A stretch of 64,000 nucleotides of DNA from an uncultured Gammaproteobacteria bacterium (GCA_963843735.1 CAWJLN010000009.1:104182-168181), one strand, 5' to 3'. Counted from the first letter of the stretch, positions 1-11,198 are shown. Notes: generated by a model not told the origin, from the sequence alone. Program-made: numbers and translations.

Positions 1-953
1 AGATTGGAACTTGCTTCGGCCGGCGCGACGACGTAGTAGGTCGGCACCGAGAGGCCGAGATTGGGCAGCGTGGTTTCCTCGACTTCGCAGCCGAGCGCGG
101 CGAGCTGATCGGCCGTGGCGGCGAAAGCGGCGCGCACGCCGGGCTCGACGCCCTCGGCAAGAAACTCCTTGGGGATACCGACGCGCTTGCCTGTGACGGA
201 TTCTTCAAGCAACGACGGATAATCCGGCACCGGCTCCTCGGCCGAGGTCGAGTCGCGCGGATCGAAGCCGGCGATTTCCTTGAGCACGAACGCGGCGTCT
301 TCGGCGCTCGGAGTAAGCGTGCCGGCCTGATCGAGACTCGATGCAAAGGCGACGATGCCGTAGCGCGAGACGCGGCCGTAGGTCGGCTTGAGGCCGGTGA
401 TGCCGGCGAGCGCCGCGGGTTGGCGAATCGAACCGCCGGTATCGGTGCCGGTGGCATACGGCACGAGACGTGCGGCGACGGCCGCAGCCGAGCCGCCGGA
501 GGAACCGCCGGGCACGCGCTCGGTGTCCCAGGGATTTTTCACCGCGCCATAGAAACTCGTCTCGTTCGACGAACCCATCGCGAATTCGTCCATGTTGGTC
601 TTGCCAACGAGCACCGCGCCCGCCGCGCGCAGGCGCTCGGCCACGGTCGCATCATGGGGCGCGACGAAATTGTCGAGCATGCGCGAACCGGCGCTGGTCT
701 TCAGCCCCGCCGTGCAGAACAGATCCTTGTGCGCCATCGGGATGCCGGTGAGTGCGCCACCTTCGTCGCGTGCCAATCGTGTATCGGCAGCATGCGCCGC
801 CTCGAGCGCGGCGTCGCCGGCGACGGTGATAAACGCATTGAGTTCGGAATCGCGCGCGGCAATGCGCGCAAGTGCGGCCTCGGTGAGCGCGACGCTGGTC
901 GTGTCCCCCGCGCGCAATTCGGCCGCGAGTTCCCGGAGGCTCTTCCCGCTCAT
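1..953 (-). CDS. gatA: Glu-tRNA(Gln)/Asp-tRNA(Asn) amidotransferase subunit A (5' part; 3' end lies beyond the window edge)
   Basis: The minus-strand frame is open from position 1 to the ATG at 953-951. Hand translation starts [28 protein letters not shown] and contains the amidase signature [23 protein letters not shown] (about 470-540). The ATG overlaps the gatC stop. It is missing from the ORF track because it runs off the edge. Confidence 0.9.
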   Translation of the reverse strand, partial: MSGKSLRELAAELRAGDTTSVALTEAALARIAARDSELNAFITVAGDAALEAAHAADTRLARDEGGALTGIPMAHKDLFCTAGLKTSAGSRMLDNFVAPHDATVAERLRAAGAVLVGKTNMDEFAMGSSNETSFYGAVKNPWDTERVPGGSSGGSAAAVAARLVPYATGTDTGGSIRQPAALAGITGLKPTYGRVSRYGIVAFASSLDQAGTLTPSAEDAAFVLKEIAGFDPRDSTSAEEPVPDYPSLLEESVTGKRVGIPKEFLAEGVEPGVRAAFAATADQLAALGCEVEETTLPNLGLSVPTYYVVAPAEASSN

Positions 954-1243
954 GCGCCGCCGATCACGCGCGGCACCCGGTACACGCCGGCAACGGTGTC
1001 GGGAGCGTTCTCCTGGTAGAGGTCGCGCTCGGGGCATTCGGTGATTTCGTCCGCGCGCAAACGCTGGGCGAGCGCCAGTGGATGGGCCATGGGTTCAACG
1101 TTCTCGACGTGGGCGGCCTTGAGTTCGTCCACCATCGCGAGGATGTGTTCGAGTTCTTCCCCCAGGGCGGCGGCGGTGCTTTCGTCCACGCCGATGCGAG
1201 CCAGATGGGCGAGGCGCTGTACGCTCGCGGAATCAAACGCCAC
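950..1243 (-). CDS. gatC: Glu-tRNA(Gln)/Asp-tRNA(Asn) amidotransferase subunit C
   Basis: 97-aa ORF ([22 protein letters not shown]...MAHPL) with typical GatC size and sequence. It sits immediately upstream of gatA and overlaps it. Confidence 0.9.
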   Translation of the reverse strand: MAFDSASVQRLAHLARIGVDESTAAALGEELEHILAMVDELKAAHVENVEPMAHPLALAQRLRADEITECPERDLYQENAPDTVAGVYRVPRVIGGA

Positions 1244-1325
1244 GATAAATCTCTTTAAAAGACCGTTTTATGTTAGCAAAATGTCAGGGAGGGCTTGTGT
1301 CCGGCGCGCCGGATTGCTACATTAG

Positions 1326-2405
<1,080 letters not shown>

Positions 2406-2547
2406 CCCGATCTCCCGGAACTTGCGGCGGGCGGTCGCGTCATGACTGAACGAAGGCCCGGTACGGACACATGAACGAGCACAGTCAAAACGCCGCATCC
2501 CTGCTACGCCCCGGCGGCATCAACTTCCATGCCTGTGCGCCGCCTGC

Positions 2548-3411
2548 GTGCCCGTGCTGAGGTTTAGCCCCAGGCAACGCCTGCTCCAGTCCCCGCGCGG
2601 GCTCGCCCTGCGCACGCTCGCGCTCTCGCTGGCGGCGGTCGCCCTGATGCTGATGGATCAGCACTACGAACTCCTTCCCCGCGTACGTGGCGCATTGATG
2701 GCAGCGGTTTACCCGACGCAGTGGCTGGTGAATGCACCCGCGGCCGGGCTGCGCGAACTCGGAGCCGATCTCGCCTCGCGGGCCTCGTTGCTTGCCGAGA
2801 ACCGCAGCTTGAAGCACGCCCAACTGCTCGCGAGCGTGCAACTGGAACGCTTCGATTCACTGGAGACGGAAAACCGGCGTCTGCGCGCGCTCCTGAACAC
2901 CGCCGGCACCATGCGCGGACGGGTCAAAGTCGCGAGCGTGCTCAACACGAACACCGATGCCTTCGCCGACCGGATGACCGTGAACGCGGGCCGGAGCGCC
3001 GGCGTTTACAAGGGCCAACCGCTGCTTGATGCGAGCGGTATCGTCGGCCAAACGCTGCAAGTGGGCCCGATCTCGGCACAGGTCATGCTCATCACCGATC
3101 CGGCCAGCGCAGTGCCGGTGGAAATCGAGCGCACGGGCCTCGCCACGCTCGCCGTCGGCACCGGCAGCCTCAATCTGCTGTCCCTGCCGTATCTGCCCAA
3201 CAACGCCGACGTAAAACCGGGCGACCGCCTGCTTGCCTCGGGACTCGGCGGCCTCTATCCGCGCGGTTATCCGGTCGGCGTGGTGACGGCCGTCACGCCG
3301 CAACCCGGCCGGCGCTTCGCCGAGGTCGAGGCGCAGCCGCTGGCACGACTCGGGCGCGAACATCAGGTACTGCTGTACTTTGCCGGCGATCAGCCGCAAG
3401 GCGCGCCGTGA
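2548..3411 (+). CDS. mreC: Rod-shape-determining protein MreC
   Basis: 287-aa ORF directly after mreB. It has an N-terminal TM helix, a coiled-coil (LLAENRSLKHAQLL...ETENRRLRALL) and a C-terminal beta domain (GLGGLYPRGYPVGVV). The start codon (GTG 2548) is uncertain. Confidence 0.8.
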   Translation: MPVLRFSPRQRLLQSPRGLALRTLALSLAAVALMLMDQHYELLPRVRGALMAAVYPTQWLVNAPAAGLRELGADLASRASLLAENRSLKHAQLLASVQLERFDSLETENRRLRALLNTAGTMRGRVKVASVLNTNTDAFADRMTVNAGRSAGVYKGQPLLDASGIVGQTLQVGPISAQVMLITDPASAVPVEIERTGLATLAVGTGSLNLLSLPYLPNNADVKPGDRLLASGLGGLYPRGYPVGVVTAVTPQPGRRFAEVEAQPLARLGREHQVLLYFAGDQPQGAP

Positions 3412-3893
3412 TGCGCCGGCTCGTGGCTCCGCTTACAGTTGCGGCGACGATTTTCATCGCCTTCTCGCTCAGCGTCGTGCCGCTGCCGCGCTGGGCCGAT
3501 GCACTGTGGCCATTCTGGGTCGCACTCGTCGTCTTCTATTGGTCCATTGCGCTGCCCGAACACTTCGGCGTCGCACTCGCCTGGGTGGTCGGACTGTTGA
3601 TGGATGCACTCGTGGGCACGCCGCTCGGTACACATGCGCTCGCCCTCACTCTGGTTGCCTTCGTCGCCGCACGCACCTATCTCAAACTCAGGATGGCGCC
3701 GGTCTGGCAGCAGAGTCTTACCGTCGGACTTGCCCTCCTGCTTTACGCCTTCGTGCTGTTCTGGATCGGCGGACTTACGGGCGAGATGCTGCGTCCGCTC
3801 GCACGTTTCGTGCCGGTGGTGGTAAGCGTTGCGCTATGGCCCTGGACGTACGCGCTCCTGCGCGCACTCCGGCGCCGCTTCGTCGCGAGCTGA
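3408..3893 (+). CDS. mreD: Rod-shape-determining protein MreD
   Basis: 161-aa polytopic membrane ORF that overlaps the mreC stop. It occupies the canonical mreBCD position. Confidence 0.75.
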   Translation: MMRRLVAPLTVAATIFIAFSLSVVPLPRWADALWPFWVALVVFYWSIALPEHFGVALAWVVGLLMDALVGTPLGTHALALTLVAFVAARTYLKLRMAPVWQQSLTVGLALLLYAFVLFWIGGLTGEMLRPLARFVPVVVSVALWPWTYALLRALRRRFVAS

Positions 3894-3896
3894 GCC

Positions 3897-5804
3897 GTGG
3901 CGGGCCTGCCGCCTCTGGACAGCGGCGGACGCAAGCATTACGCCGGACGCCTCATAATCGTTGCGGTCATCGCGGCGTTACTCGGCGCGGGTCTGGTGGC
4001 ACGCCTCGCCTGGCTGCAGATCGCGCAGGCCTCGCACTATGCCTCGCTCGCTCGCGGCAACCGCATCCGCGTGCAGCCGATCGCCCCCACCCGCGGACTC
4101 ATCTACGACAGAAACGGGCGGATACTCGCCGAGAACGTGCCGACCTACGAGCTCACGCTGGTTCCCGACCAGGTCGGGAACATTGCGCAAACGCTCAAGC
4201 GACTCGGCCGCGTCATTCGACTGAGCCCTCAGGACATCGAGGACTTCAACGGCCTGCGGGCAACCAAGCGCGGCTTCCAGCCGATTCCGCTCAAGACCGA
4301 TCTCAGCCCGCAGGAACTGGCTCGATTCGCCGTGCGCCGCCAGGACTTTCCGGGCGTGGACGTACGCGCGGCCCTCAAACGCTACTATCCACCGGGCACC
4401 GATGCCGCCGCCGTGACGGGTTACGTCGGACTCATCAGCCAAAGCGATCTCGCGCGTCTGAATGCCGGCGAATACCGGGCGAGCGCCCACGTCGGCAAGA
4501 CCGGCGTGGAGCGCGAATACGAAAAAATATTGCACGGGCAGATCGGCTACGAAAAGGTGGAGGTGAACGCGGCCGGACGCACGGTGCGCGTGCTCGAAAC
4601 CTATCCGCCCGGTGACGGCGACGACGTTTACCTCACGATTGACGATAATCTCCAGCGCATCGCTTCGCGTGCACTCGGTAATCATGCGGGCGCCGTGGTC
4701 GCCATCCAGCCCGCGACTGGCGCCGTGCTCTGTCTCGTGAGCAAGCCCAGTTTCGATCCCAACGCCTTCGTGAACGGCATTTCCCAAGCCGACTACGACG
4801 CACTCCTCAAACGTCCCGACGATCCGCTGGTGGATCGCGCGCTGCGCGGACGCTATGCGCCGGGTTCGACGATCAAACCCTTCATAGGTCTCGCCGCGCT
4901 TCACTACGGTGTGCTGACGCCCAGCACCATGATCTTTTCGGGACCTACCTTCCGGCTGCCGAACTATTCACACGTCTTCCACGATGTGAATCCCCATCAG
5001 AACAGCAAGGTGACGCTCGCCGAGAGCCTCGTACGCTCCATAGACACATTCTTCTATCAGGTCGCACAACAGCTCGGGATCGGAAACATGCACGATTTTC
5101 TGGCGAAATTCGGTTTCGGCGAAAAACCGGCGATAGACCTCCCCGGCGCACTCGGCGGCGTGAATCCCTCGCCCGCCTGGAAACAGCGCGCGATGCATCA
5201 ACCGTGGTATCCGGGCAATACGGTCAACAACGGCATCGGTCAGGGCTTCCTGCTGGCAACGCCGTTGCAGCTCGCATCCGCTGTCGCTACGCTGGCCGAA
5301 CGCGGCAGACGCATGCGCCCGCACGTACTCGATGCGGTCGTGAACACTGGAAGCGGTCGGCGAATTGCGGCCGGACCCGATCCGCTCCCGCCGGTTACGC
5401 TGCTCGATCCGGCCTATTGGGATTACGTTGTCAACGCGCTCCACGAAGTCATTACCAGCCCGCACGGTACGGCGCACAACATCGCGCAGGGCCTCGACTT
5501 CGCGATGGCGGGCAAGACCGGCTCGGCGCAGGTGGTAAGCGTGTACCGCAAGGAATCGGTGAAACTCGCCGACATTCCGCCCGCCGAGCGCACGAACGGG
5601 CTGTTTATCGCCTTCGCCCCACTCGATAAACCCGAAATAGCCGTGGCCGTCGTGGTTGAGCACGGCGGCTACGGCGCACAATCCGCCGCACCGATTGCGC
5701 GCAAGATCATAGCGGCGTGGCTGAAGGAAAACGCAAAACCTGCTAGTAAAACCCCGAAAAATTCGCCCTCCGATTCAGACAAGCATGTTTCACACCCGCA
5801 TTGA
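3897..5804 (+). CDS. mrdA: Penicillin-binding protein 2 (elongasome transpeptidase)
   Basis: 635-aa ORF with an N-terminal TM helix, the SxxK-type motif in APGSTIKPF and a KTGSAQ (KTG) motif. rodA follows. Confidence 0.9.
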   Translation: MAGLPPLDSGGRKHYAGRLIIVAVIAALLGAGLVARLAWLQIAQASHYASLARGNRIRVQPIAPTRGLIYDRNGRILAENVPTYELTLVPDQVGNIAQTLKRLGRVIRLSPQDIEDFNGLRATKRGFQPIPLKTDLSPQELARFAVRRQDFPGVDVRAALKRYYPPGTDAAAVTGYVGLISQSDLARLNAGEYRASAHVGKTGVEREYEKILHGQIGYEKVEVNAAGRTVRVLETYPPGDGDDVYLTIDDNLQRIASRALGNHAGAVVAIQPATGAVLCLVSKPSFDPNAFVNGISQADYDALLKRPDDPLVDRALRGRYAPGSTIKPFIGLAALHYGVLTPSTMIFSGPTFRLPNYSHVFHDVNPHQNSKVTLAESLVRSIDTFFYQVAQQLGIGNMHDFLAKFGFGEKPAIDLPGALGGVNPSPAWKQRAMHQPWYPGNTVNNGIGQGFLLATPLQLASAVATLAERGRRMRPHVLDAVVNTGSGRRIAAGPDPLPPVTLLDPAYWDYVVNALHEVITSPHGTAHNIAQGLDFAMAGKTGSAQVVSVYRKESVKLADIPPAERTNGLFIAFAPLDKPEIAVAVVVEHGGYGAQSAAPIARKIIAAWLKENAKPASKTPKNSPSDSDKHVSHPH

Positions 5805-6858
5805 CCGCCCGCTGATCACGGCCCTGCTGCTGCTCGCGCTCGGCGGCCTCGGGCTGCTCTACAGCGCGAGCGGCGGAGACTGGCATCTGATCGTCAATCA
5901 GGGCCTGCGTCTTGTGATCGGTCTCGTTCTGATGATCGCCCTGGCATTCACGCCGCCGCGTTATTTCCGCCTTGCCGCACCCGTGTTCTTCCTGATCACG
6001 CTGCTCCTGCTCGTGCTGGTATTGCTGGTGGGCGCGCATGGCAAGGGCGCGCTGCGCTGGCTGGATATCGGTCCGGCCCAGTTCCAGCCCGCGGAGTTGA
6101 TGAAGATCGCGCTCCCGCTCGCGCTCGCCTGGTTCTTTCACGATCGCGCTCCACCGCCGCGCTGGTATCTGGTGTTTGCCGCGCTCGCCATCATCCTTGT
6201 ACCGATTGCGCTGATCGTGCTCGAACCGGATCTCGGCACCGCTATTCTCATCGCCGGTGCGGGCGTGATGGTGCTCCTGCTCGCCGGGATTCCCTGGCGC
6301 TACGTCATCGTCTTCGCCCTCGTCATGGGCGCAGCGCTGCCGCTAGGCTGGCATTTCATGCACGACTACCAGCGCTCGCGTCTGCTGGTGTTCCTCGACC
6401 CGACGCGCGATCCGCTCGGCGCCGGCTATCACATCATCCAGTCCAAAATCGCCATCGGTTCGGGGGGGCTTTTCGGCCAGGGCTTTCTCGGTGGCTCCCA
6501 GGCGCAGCTCAACTTTCTGCCCGAACAGACGACGGACTTTATCTTCGCCGTGTTCGCCGAACAGTTCGGCTTCGTCGGCGTGCTCGCGCTTCTCGCTCTC
6601 TATGCCTTCATTATCGGGCGCGGGCTGGTGCTCTCGTTTCGCGCCCACACCCGCTTCGGACGACTGGCCGCAGCGGGCATGGTGATGACTTTCCTGCTCT
6701 ACGTGGTAATCAACGTGGGTATGGTCGCGGGCGTAGTGCCGGTGGTCGGCGTACCCTTGCCACTGGTAAGCTACGGCGGGAGTTCCATCGTCACCGTGCT
6801 TGCCGGTTTCGGTATCCTGATAAGCATCGCCGCCCATCGCCGCCTGATTGACACATGA
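5785..6858 (+). CDS. rodA: SEDS-family peptidoglycan glycosyltransferase RodA
   Basis: 357-aa polytopic ORF with FtsW/RodA motifs (QPAELMKIALPL, IIQSKIAIGSGGLFGQG, TDFIFAVFAEQFG, VPLPLVSYGGSS). Confidence 0.9.
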   Translation: MFHTRIDRPLITALLLLALGGLGLLYSASGGDWHLIVNQGLRLVIGLVLMIALAFTPPRYFRLAAPVFFLITLLLLVLVLLVGAHGKGALRWLDIGPAQFQPAELMKIALPLALAWFFHDRAPPPRWYLVFAALAIILVPIALIVLEPDLGTAILIAGAGVMVLLLAGIPWRYVIVFALVMGAALPLGWHFMHDYQRSRLLVFLDPTRDPLGAGYHIIQSKIAIGSGGLFGQGFLGGSQAQLNFLPEQTTDFIFAVFAEQFGFVGVLALLALYAFIIGRGLVLSFRAHTRFGRLAAAGMVMTFLLYVVINVGMVAGVVPVVGVPLPLVSYGGSSIVTVLAGFGILISIAAHRRLIDT

Positions 6859-7866
6859 AATATCTACTCCCCATCGCCGCTTTCCTCGCCGTCGTCTTCG
6901 CCGCAACGCCGGCACACGCACTGGACGTAAAGCAGCCGGCGGTGGCACAGTTCATCTCCCGAATGGTGCACAAGCACGGCTTCCGGCGCAAGCCGCTCAC
7001 CCGGCTGCTCGCCGCGACGTCGCTCGATCCGCAAGTGGTAAAACGCATGGAGAGCCCCGCCGAGGCACTGCCCTGGTACCGCTACCAGCGCCATCTTCGT
7101 CACCCCCAAGCGGATTGCCGCGGGACGCGTGTTCATGGCCGAGAACCGCCAGACGCTCGCGGCGGCCGAAGAAACACTACGGCGTACCGCCAGCGATCAT
7201 CACCGCGCTCATTGGCATGGAAAGCCGCTACGGCGACCGGGAAGGCGATTTTTCCGCACTTCCGCACTTGCCACCCTCGCCTTCGCCTATCCGCGGCGCG
7301 CGGATTATTTCCGGCACGAGCTGGCGAATTACCTCCTGCTCTGTCGTAGCAACCATCTCGATCCGCAGGCGCTCAAATCCTCGTACGCTGGTGCGCTAGG
7401 CGCCGGACAGTTCATGCCCTCAAGCTATCTCTCCTATGCAGTGGACGCCGACGGCGGCGGCAGCGACCTGTTCATCCACTGGCCGGACATCGTCGCCAGC
7501 ATTGCGCATTACCTTGCCGCACACGGCTGGCAGGCGGGAAAACCCTTGGCCGCACCTGCCGCCCTCAAACCCGGATTCGACTCCGAGAATCTGTTCGGTC
7601 GCGTGGTCCCGATGCGCACGCTGCGCGCCAAGAACGTGGCCTCCGACCTCTCGGTTGCCGGCGATACGCCCGTGCGACTGATAAAAGTCACTACCCGCAA
7701 CGGGAATACCGAAGAAGACGATTACTGGATCGGCCTGCCCAACTTCTCCGTGCTGATGAGCTACAACAACAGCGCGCTCTATGCGCTCGCGGCCACCCAG
7801 CTTGCCGACGCGCTGGCGACAGCGCCCGCCTCCGTCGGGGCTCCGCTTGCCGCCGGCCACCGATAA
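6855..7866 (+). pseudogene. mltB: Lytic murein transglycosylase B, reading frame broken three times
   Basis: MltB-like sequence is spread over three frames. They read signal peptide...PWYRYQR (frame of 6855), IFVTPKRIAAGRVFMAENRQTLAAAE (frame of 7129), KHYGVPPAIITALIGMESRYGDREGD (frame of 6848), and FFRTSALATLAFAYPRRADYF...GAGQFMPSSY... (frame of 7129) to the stop at 7866. The switches are at about 7092, 7171 and the T-run 7249-7253. Confidence 0.75.
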
Positions 7867-8674
7867 AGCCGGACGGTTCGCGCTCGGGCTCGGCCTTCTC
7901 GCCGCGCTCGGCCTTCTCGCCGCCGGTTGCGCTCCTTTCTCCCAGCCGGTTTCCCGGCAATCGGCGCAGCGCGGTAGCACGACTCATGGAGTGGGCCAAT
8001 CCTGCAGCTACGACGGCGCCGGCAGTTCCTATGTCGTTTTCGGCCGTCGCCACTATGTACTTAAAAGCGCCGCGGGCTACGACAAGCGCGGCATCGCCTC
8101 CTGGTACGGACCGAACTTCCACGGCAAACTCACTTCGAGCGGTGTGATCTACGACATGTACGCGGCAACGGCCGCAAGCAAGGTGCTGCCGCTGTGCACC
8201 TGGGTGAAAGTCACCAACCTCGAAAACGGCCGGCACACCGTGGTACAGATCAACGATCGCGGCCCCTTCGTTGCGAACCGCATCATTGATCTTTCCTACG
8301 CGGCAGCCAAAGACATCGGCATGATAGGCCAGGGCACCGCGCTGGTGAACGTCCGTACCATCGCCGCGCCGTCGCGCAACCCGCCGAAGAATCTCGCCAG
8401 CGCGAGCGCACACGCACCCACGCCCGAACTGCATCACCACGCCCGGCTCTACCTGCAACTCGGCGCCTTCCTCAAGGCCGGAAACGCCAACCGTCTGCGC
8501 GCAAAACTCCTGCAGCACCGGATCGGCAAGGTACGAATCGAAACCGGGCGTGTACACGGCAAAAAGTTTTACCGCGTGCAGGTTGGCCCCTATGCCACCG
8601 TCGCGCAGATAGACCGACTCGGCGACCGCCTGGAGCGCCTCGGCTATCACAACACCGAGGTCGTCATCGAGTAG
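7847..8674 (+). CDS. rlpA: Septal-ring lytic transglycosylase RlpA family lipoprotein (DPBB + SPOR)
   Basis: The frame is open from 7781. It has a lipobox LLAAGC, a DPBB core (GIASWYGPNFHGKLTSSGVIYDMYAATAASKVLPLCTWVKVTNLENG...NDRGPF) and a C-terminal SPOR-like YLQLGAF...YRVQVGPY. The start is uncertain: TTG at 7847 is a plausible lipoprotein start, while the ORF track starts at 7781 inside mltB. Confidence 0.85.
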   Translation: MPPATDKAGRFALGLGLLAALGLLAAGCAPFSQPVSRQSAQRGSTTHGVGQSCSYDGAGSSYVVFGRRHYVLKSAAGYDKRGIASWYGPNFHGKLTSSGVIYDMYAATAASKVLPLCTWVKVTNLENGRHTVVQINDRGPFVANRIIDLSYAAAKDIGMIGQGTALVNVRTIAAPSRNPPKNLASASAHAPTPELHHHARLYLQLGAFLKAGNANRLRAKLLQHRIGKVRIETGRVHGKKFYRVQVGPYATVAQIDRLGDRLERLGYHNTEVVIE

Positions 8675-8716
8675 CCGATAGCACGCCCGCAACACGCGAC
8701 CAGCTAAAATCACGCC

Positions 8717-9584
8717 ATGACCGACGCACTTTCCATCTGCCTGCTCGACGGCGAGTTTGTCGAGACGCGCACGGCGCGCGTCTCGCCACTGGATCGCGGC
8801 TTCCTGTTCGGCGACGGCATCTACGAGGTCGTGCCCTGCTATGGCGGCCGCCCGTTGCGTCTGGAGGCGCATCTCGCGCGCCTCGCGGCGAGTCTCGGCG
8901 CGCTCGGCATGACCAATCCCTATCCACAGGCGCGCTGGCGCGAACTGGTCGGCGCGCTCATCGAAAAGAACGGCGGCGGCAATCTCGGCATCTATCTGCA
9001 GGTAACTCGCGGCACCGCCGCCGGGCGCGACTTTCTCCCCGAACCGGGGATGCAGCCCACCGTGTTCGGCTTCGCCTGGCCGCTGACGGCGCCGCGGCCG
9101 GAACAGCTCGAACGCGGCATCGCCGGCGCGACGCTGGAGGACATCCGCTGGCTGCGCTGCGACGTGAAATCCATCGCGCTTCTCGCCGCAGTGATGCTGC
9201 GCCAGGAAGCGGCACGGCACGGCGCGGACGAGGCGATCCTGATTCGCGACGGGCATCTCGCCGAAGGCAGTTCGAGCGCCGTGTTCGTCGTAAAAAACGG
9301 CGCCATCGCAACGCCGCCCGCCAGCCGCGAACGCCTGCCGAGCATCACCCGCGAAGTGGTCGGCGACGCAATCGGGGCACTTGACCTGCCGTTTGTCGAG
9401 CGCGAGATCGCCGCGAGCCGAACTCGCCGGCATGGACGAAATCTGGATTGCAAGCGCAACCCGCGAAGCGCTCGCGATCACGCGGCTCGATGGCGAGCCC
9501 GTCGGCGACGGACGGCCCGGCCCCGTCTGGAGGCGCGTGTACGACGAGTTTCAGACGCTCAAAAAACGCGAGTGCGCCGCGTGA
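8717..9584 (+). CDS. Class IV (D-amino-acid / branched-chain type) aminotransferase, one frame disruption near 9419
   Basis: N-terminal [13 protein letters not shown], then IYLQVTRG...[16 protein letters not shown]...SSSAVFVV. The C-terminus [29 protein letters not shown] continues in the frame of ORF 9381-9584. Confidence 0.75.
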
Positions 9585-9838
9585 ACGAAAGCGACGAATA
9601 TCCGCAGCGCGTCCCGCTCAAGGTGGTCGGCAGCAACGGCGACGCATTGCGAAGTGCGCTCGATGCGGCGCTCGCGCGGCACCTCGTCTCCGGCACGCTG
9701 ATAGACATGGCGGAACGCGAGAGCGCAAAGGGCAGCTACGTTGCGCTCACCGCTACCTTCATGGCCGAAAGCCGCGAACAACTTGTCGCCATTTATGCGG
9801 AATTGCGCGGGCACGAAGCCGTCCGTTTCCTGCTGTGA
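9581..9838 (+). CDS. ybeD: YbeD-like DUF493 family protein
   Basis: GTG at 9581 overlaps the aminotransferase stop. The 85 aa read [27 protein letters not shown]...[14 protein letters not shown]. It sits in the conserved position directly upstream of lipB. Confidence 0.7.
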   Translation: MNESDEYPQRVPLKVVGSNGDALRSALDAALARHLVSGTLIDMAERESAKGSYVALTATFMAESREQLVAIYAELRGHEAVRFLL

Positions 9839-10497
9839 ACGGCGAGATTCGCATCCGACGTCTGGGGCGCGTACCCTTCGAGCCGACCTGGCGACGGATG
9901 CAGGCGTTCACCGACGCGCGCGACGCCGACACGCCGGATGAAGTCTGGCTACTCGAACATGATCCCGTATTCACGCTCGGCCTCGCCGGCAAGCGCGAAC
10001 ATGTGCTTGCGCCCGGCGAGATCCCGGTCGTGCATATAGACCGCGGCGGTCAGGTGACCTACCACGGTCCGGGCCAACTCGTGGTTTATCCGTTGCTCGA
10101 CATGAAGCGGCGGCGGATGGGACCGCGCGCACTCGTAAGCGCGCTGGAAAAAGCCGCGATTGCGGCGCTTGCCGAATGGGGCATTGAAGCGCGCGCCCGA
10201 CCCGACGCACCGGGCGTGTACGTGGAAGAAAAGAAAATCGCCTCGATCGGCCTGCGCATCCGCCGCGGCGCAAGCTATCACGGTCTCGCCTTCAACGTCG
10301 CGATGAATCTCGAACCCTTCTCCCGCATCAACCCCTGCGGCTACGCCGGCCTCGAGATGACCCAGGTCTCCGAACTCGGCGGTCCCGCCGATCTCAGCAC
10401 CGTCGCCGACGCCTTGATGCCGCATTTCCTCGAACGCCTCAAGGCTGCGACTCGCACGCAGAAAGAAAACGCTATTTCCCGAGCCACTGGTAACTGA
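9835..10497 (+). CDS. lipB: Octanoyltransferase LipB
   Basis: GTG at 9835 overlaps the ybeD stop. Motifs present: [51 protein letters not shown]. The ORF-track start at 9448 is an artefactual upstream extension. Confidence 0.9.
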   Translation: MNGEIRIRRLGRVPFEPTWRRMQAFTDARDADTPDEVWLLEHDPVFTLGLAGKREHVLAPGEIPVVHIDRGGQVTYHGPGQLVVYPLLDMKRRRMGPRALVSALEKAAIAALAEWGIEARARPDAPGVYVEEKKIASIGLRIRRGASYHGLAFNVAMNLEPFSRINPCGYAGLEMTQVSELGGPADLSTVADALMPHFLERLKAATRTQKENAISRATGN

Positions 10498-11044
10498 CGG
10501 GATTATCGGCGCACTGACCGAAACCGCATTCGAGCAGCGTCGAAGCAAGATTGGCTGCAACGACGAAAAGGAACAGCCCTACCGCCACCCAGTCAGCGAC
10601 CGCAAGCGGTGCCTTGCCGCTGCGCACCCTTGCGTCTCCGCCAGATGCGTGGGTTGGCAAGAACAGGAGCAGGGTGGTGAATACAATCACGGCTGCAAAG
10701 GCAACGAATGCCCAGGTATAAAAATGCATTCCGAATAGCGCGGAACCGTAGGCGCCCGTACCAGGAACGATGTGCAGCAATATCTGCCGTCCCGAAGTGA
10801 CCGTGCCGAGCACGGCGCCGAGCAACACCAAGGCGTAATGCGCGGGGGAAACCCCGAACCGGACGTTGAGCACAAAGCCAATGCCGACTGCGATAAGGCA
10901 TCCACGCTGAAGCAGGCACAGGGGACAGGGCAGTTCGTGCAGGACCAATTGGTAATAAAACGCCAGAAGCAGCACAGCGCTCACGCCGGCGAGCGCAAGC
11001 ACGTTCAGGTAATCGCCAAAATCACGCCGCATCGGGCCGTCCAT
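10472..11044 (-). CDS. DsbB-family disulfide bond formation protein (membrane thiol oxidase-like)
   Basis: Four-TM protein with a CxxC in the first loop ([13 protein letters not shown]) and a C-terminal Cys pair (ECGFGQC). The ATG at 11044 lies 4 nt after the stop of the small upstream ORF. Its 3' end overlaps the lipB 3' end by 26 nt in a convergent arrangement. Confidence 0.7.
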   Translation of the reverse strand: MDGPMRRDFGDYLNVLALAGVSAVLLLAFYYQLVLHELPCPLCLLQRGCLIAVGIGFVLNVRFGVSPAHYALVLLGAVLGTVTSGRQILLHIVPGTGAYGSALFGMHFYTWAFVAFAAVIVFTTLLLFLPTHASGGDARVRSGKAPLAVADWVAVGLFLFVVAANLASTLLECGFGQCADNPVSYQWLGK

Positions 11045-11045
11045 T

Positions 11046-11198
11046 TCAGAACGCCAAGCCGAGAGGGCTGGTACTGTGATACACCAGCCAGGCTGCGAGA
11101 ACAATCATCAGGGCGATCCATACGATGATTGCCGCCGTACGGCGGCGCACGAGTGCGCACAGGATCGCAATCAGCCCAAGTAGAAAAGGCAGCATCAT
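11046..11198 (-). CDS. 50-aa two-helix membrane peptide, translationally coupled to the DsbB-like gene
   Basis: Hand translation gives MMLPFLLGLIAILCALVRRRTAAIIVWIALMIVLAAWLVYHSTSPLGLAF, with the stop at 11048-11046. It is too short for the ORF track. The DsbB-like ATG begins 2 nt after the stop (TGAAATG). Confidence 0.45.
   Translation of the reverse strand: MMLPFLLGLIAILCALVRRRTAAIIVWIALMIVLAAWLVYHSTSPLGLAF

Noticed and set aside
7253-7268. Apparent 8-bp tandem duplication tccgcact-tccgcact as the cause of the third mltB frameshift.
   Set aside because: Removing one copy does restore a frame. However, it shortens the segment between ESRYG and ALATL to 7 residues, whereas MltB homologues I recall have 10. 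A single T lost from the adjacent T5 run restores both the frame and the 10-residue spacing (DREGDFFRTS), so the repeat is probably coincidental.
9448-10497. 349-aa version of lipB.
   Set aside because: The N-terminal 129 residues overlap the aminotransferase and ybeD genes and are Arg-rich. LipB homology starts at GTG 9835.
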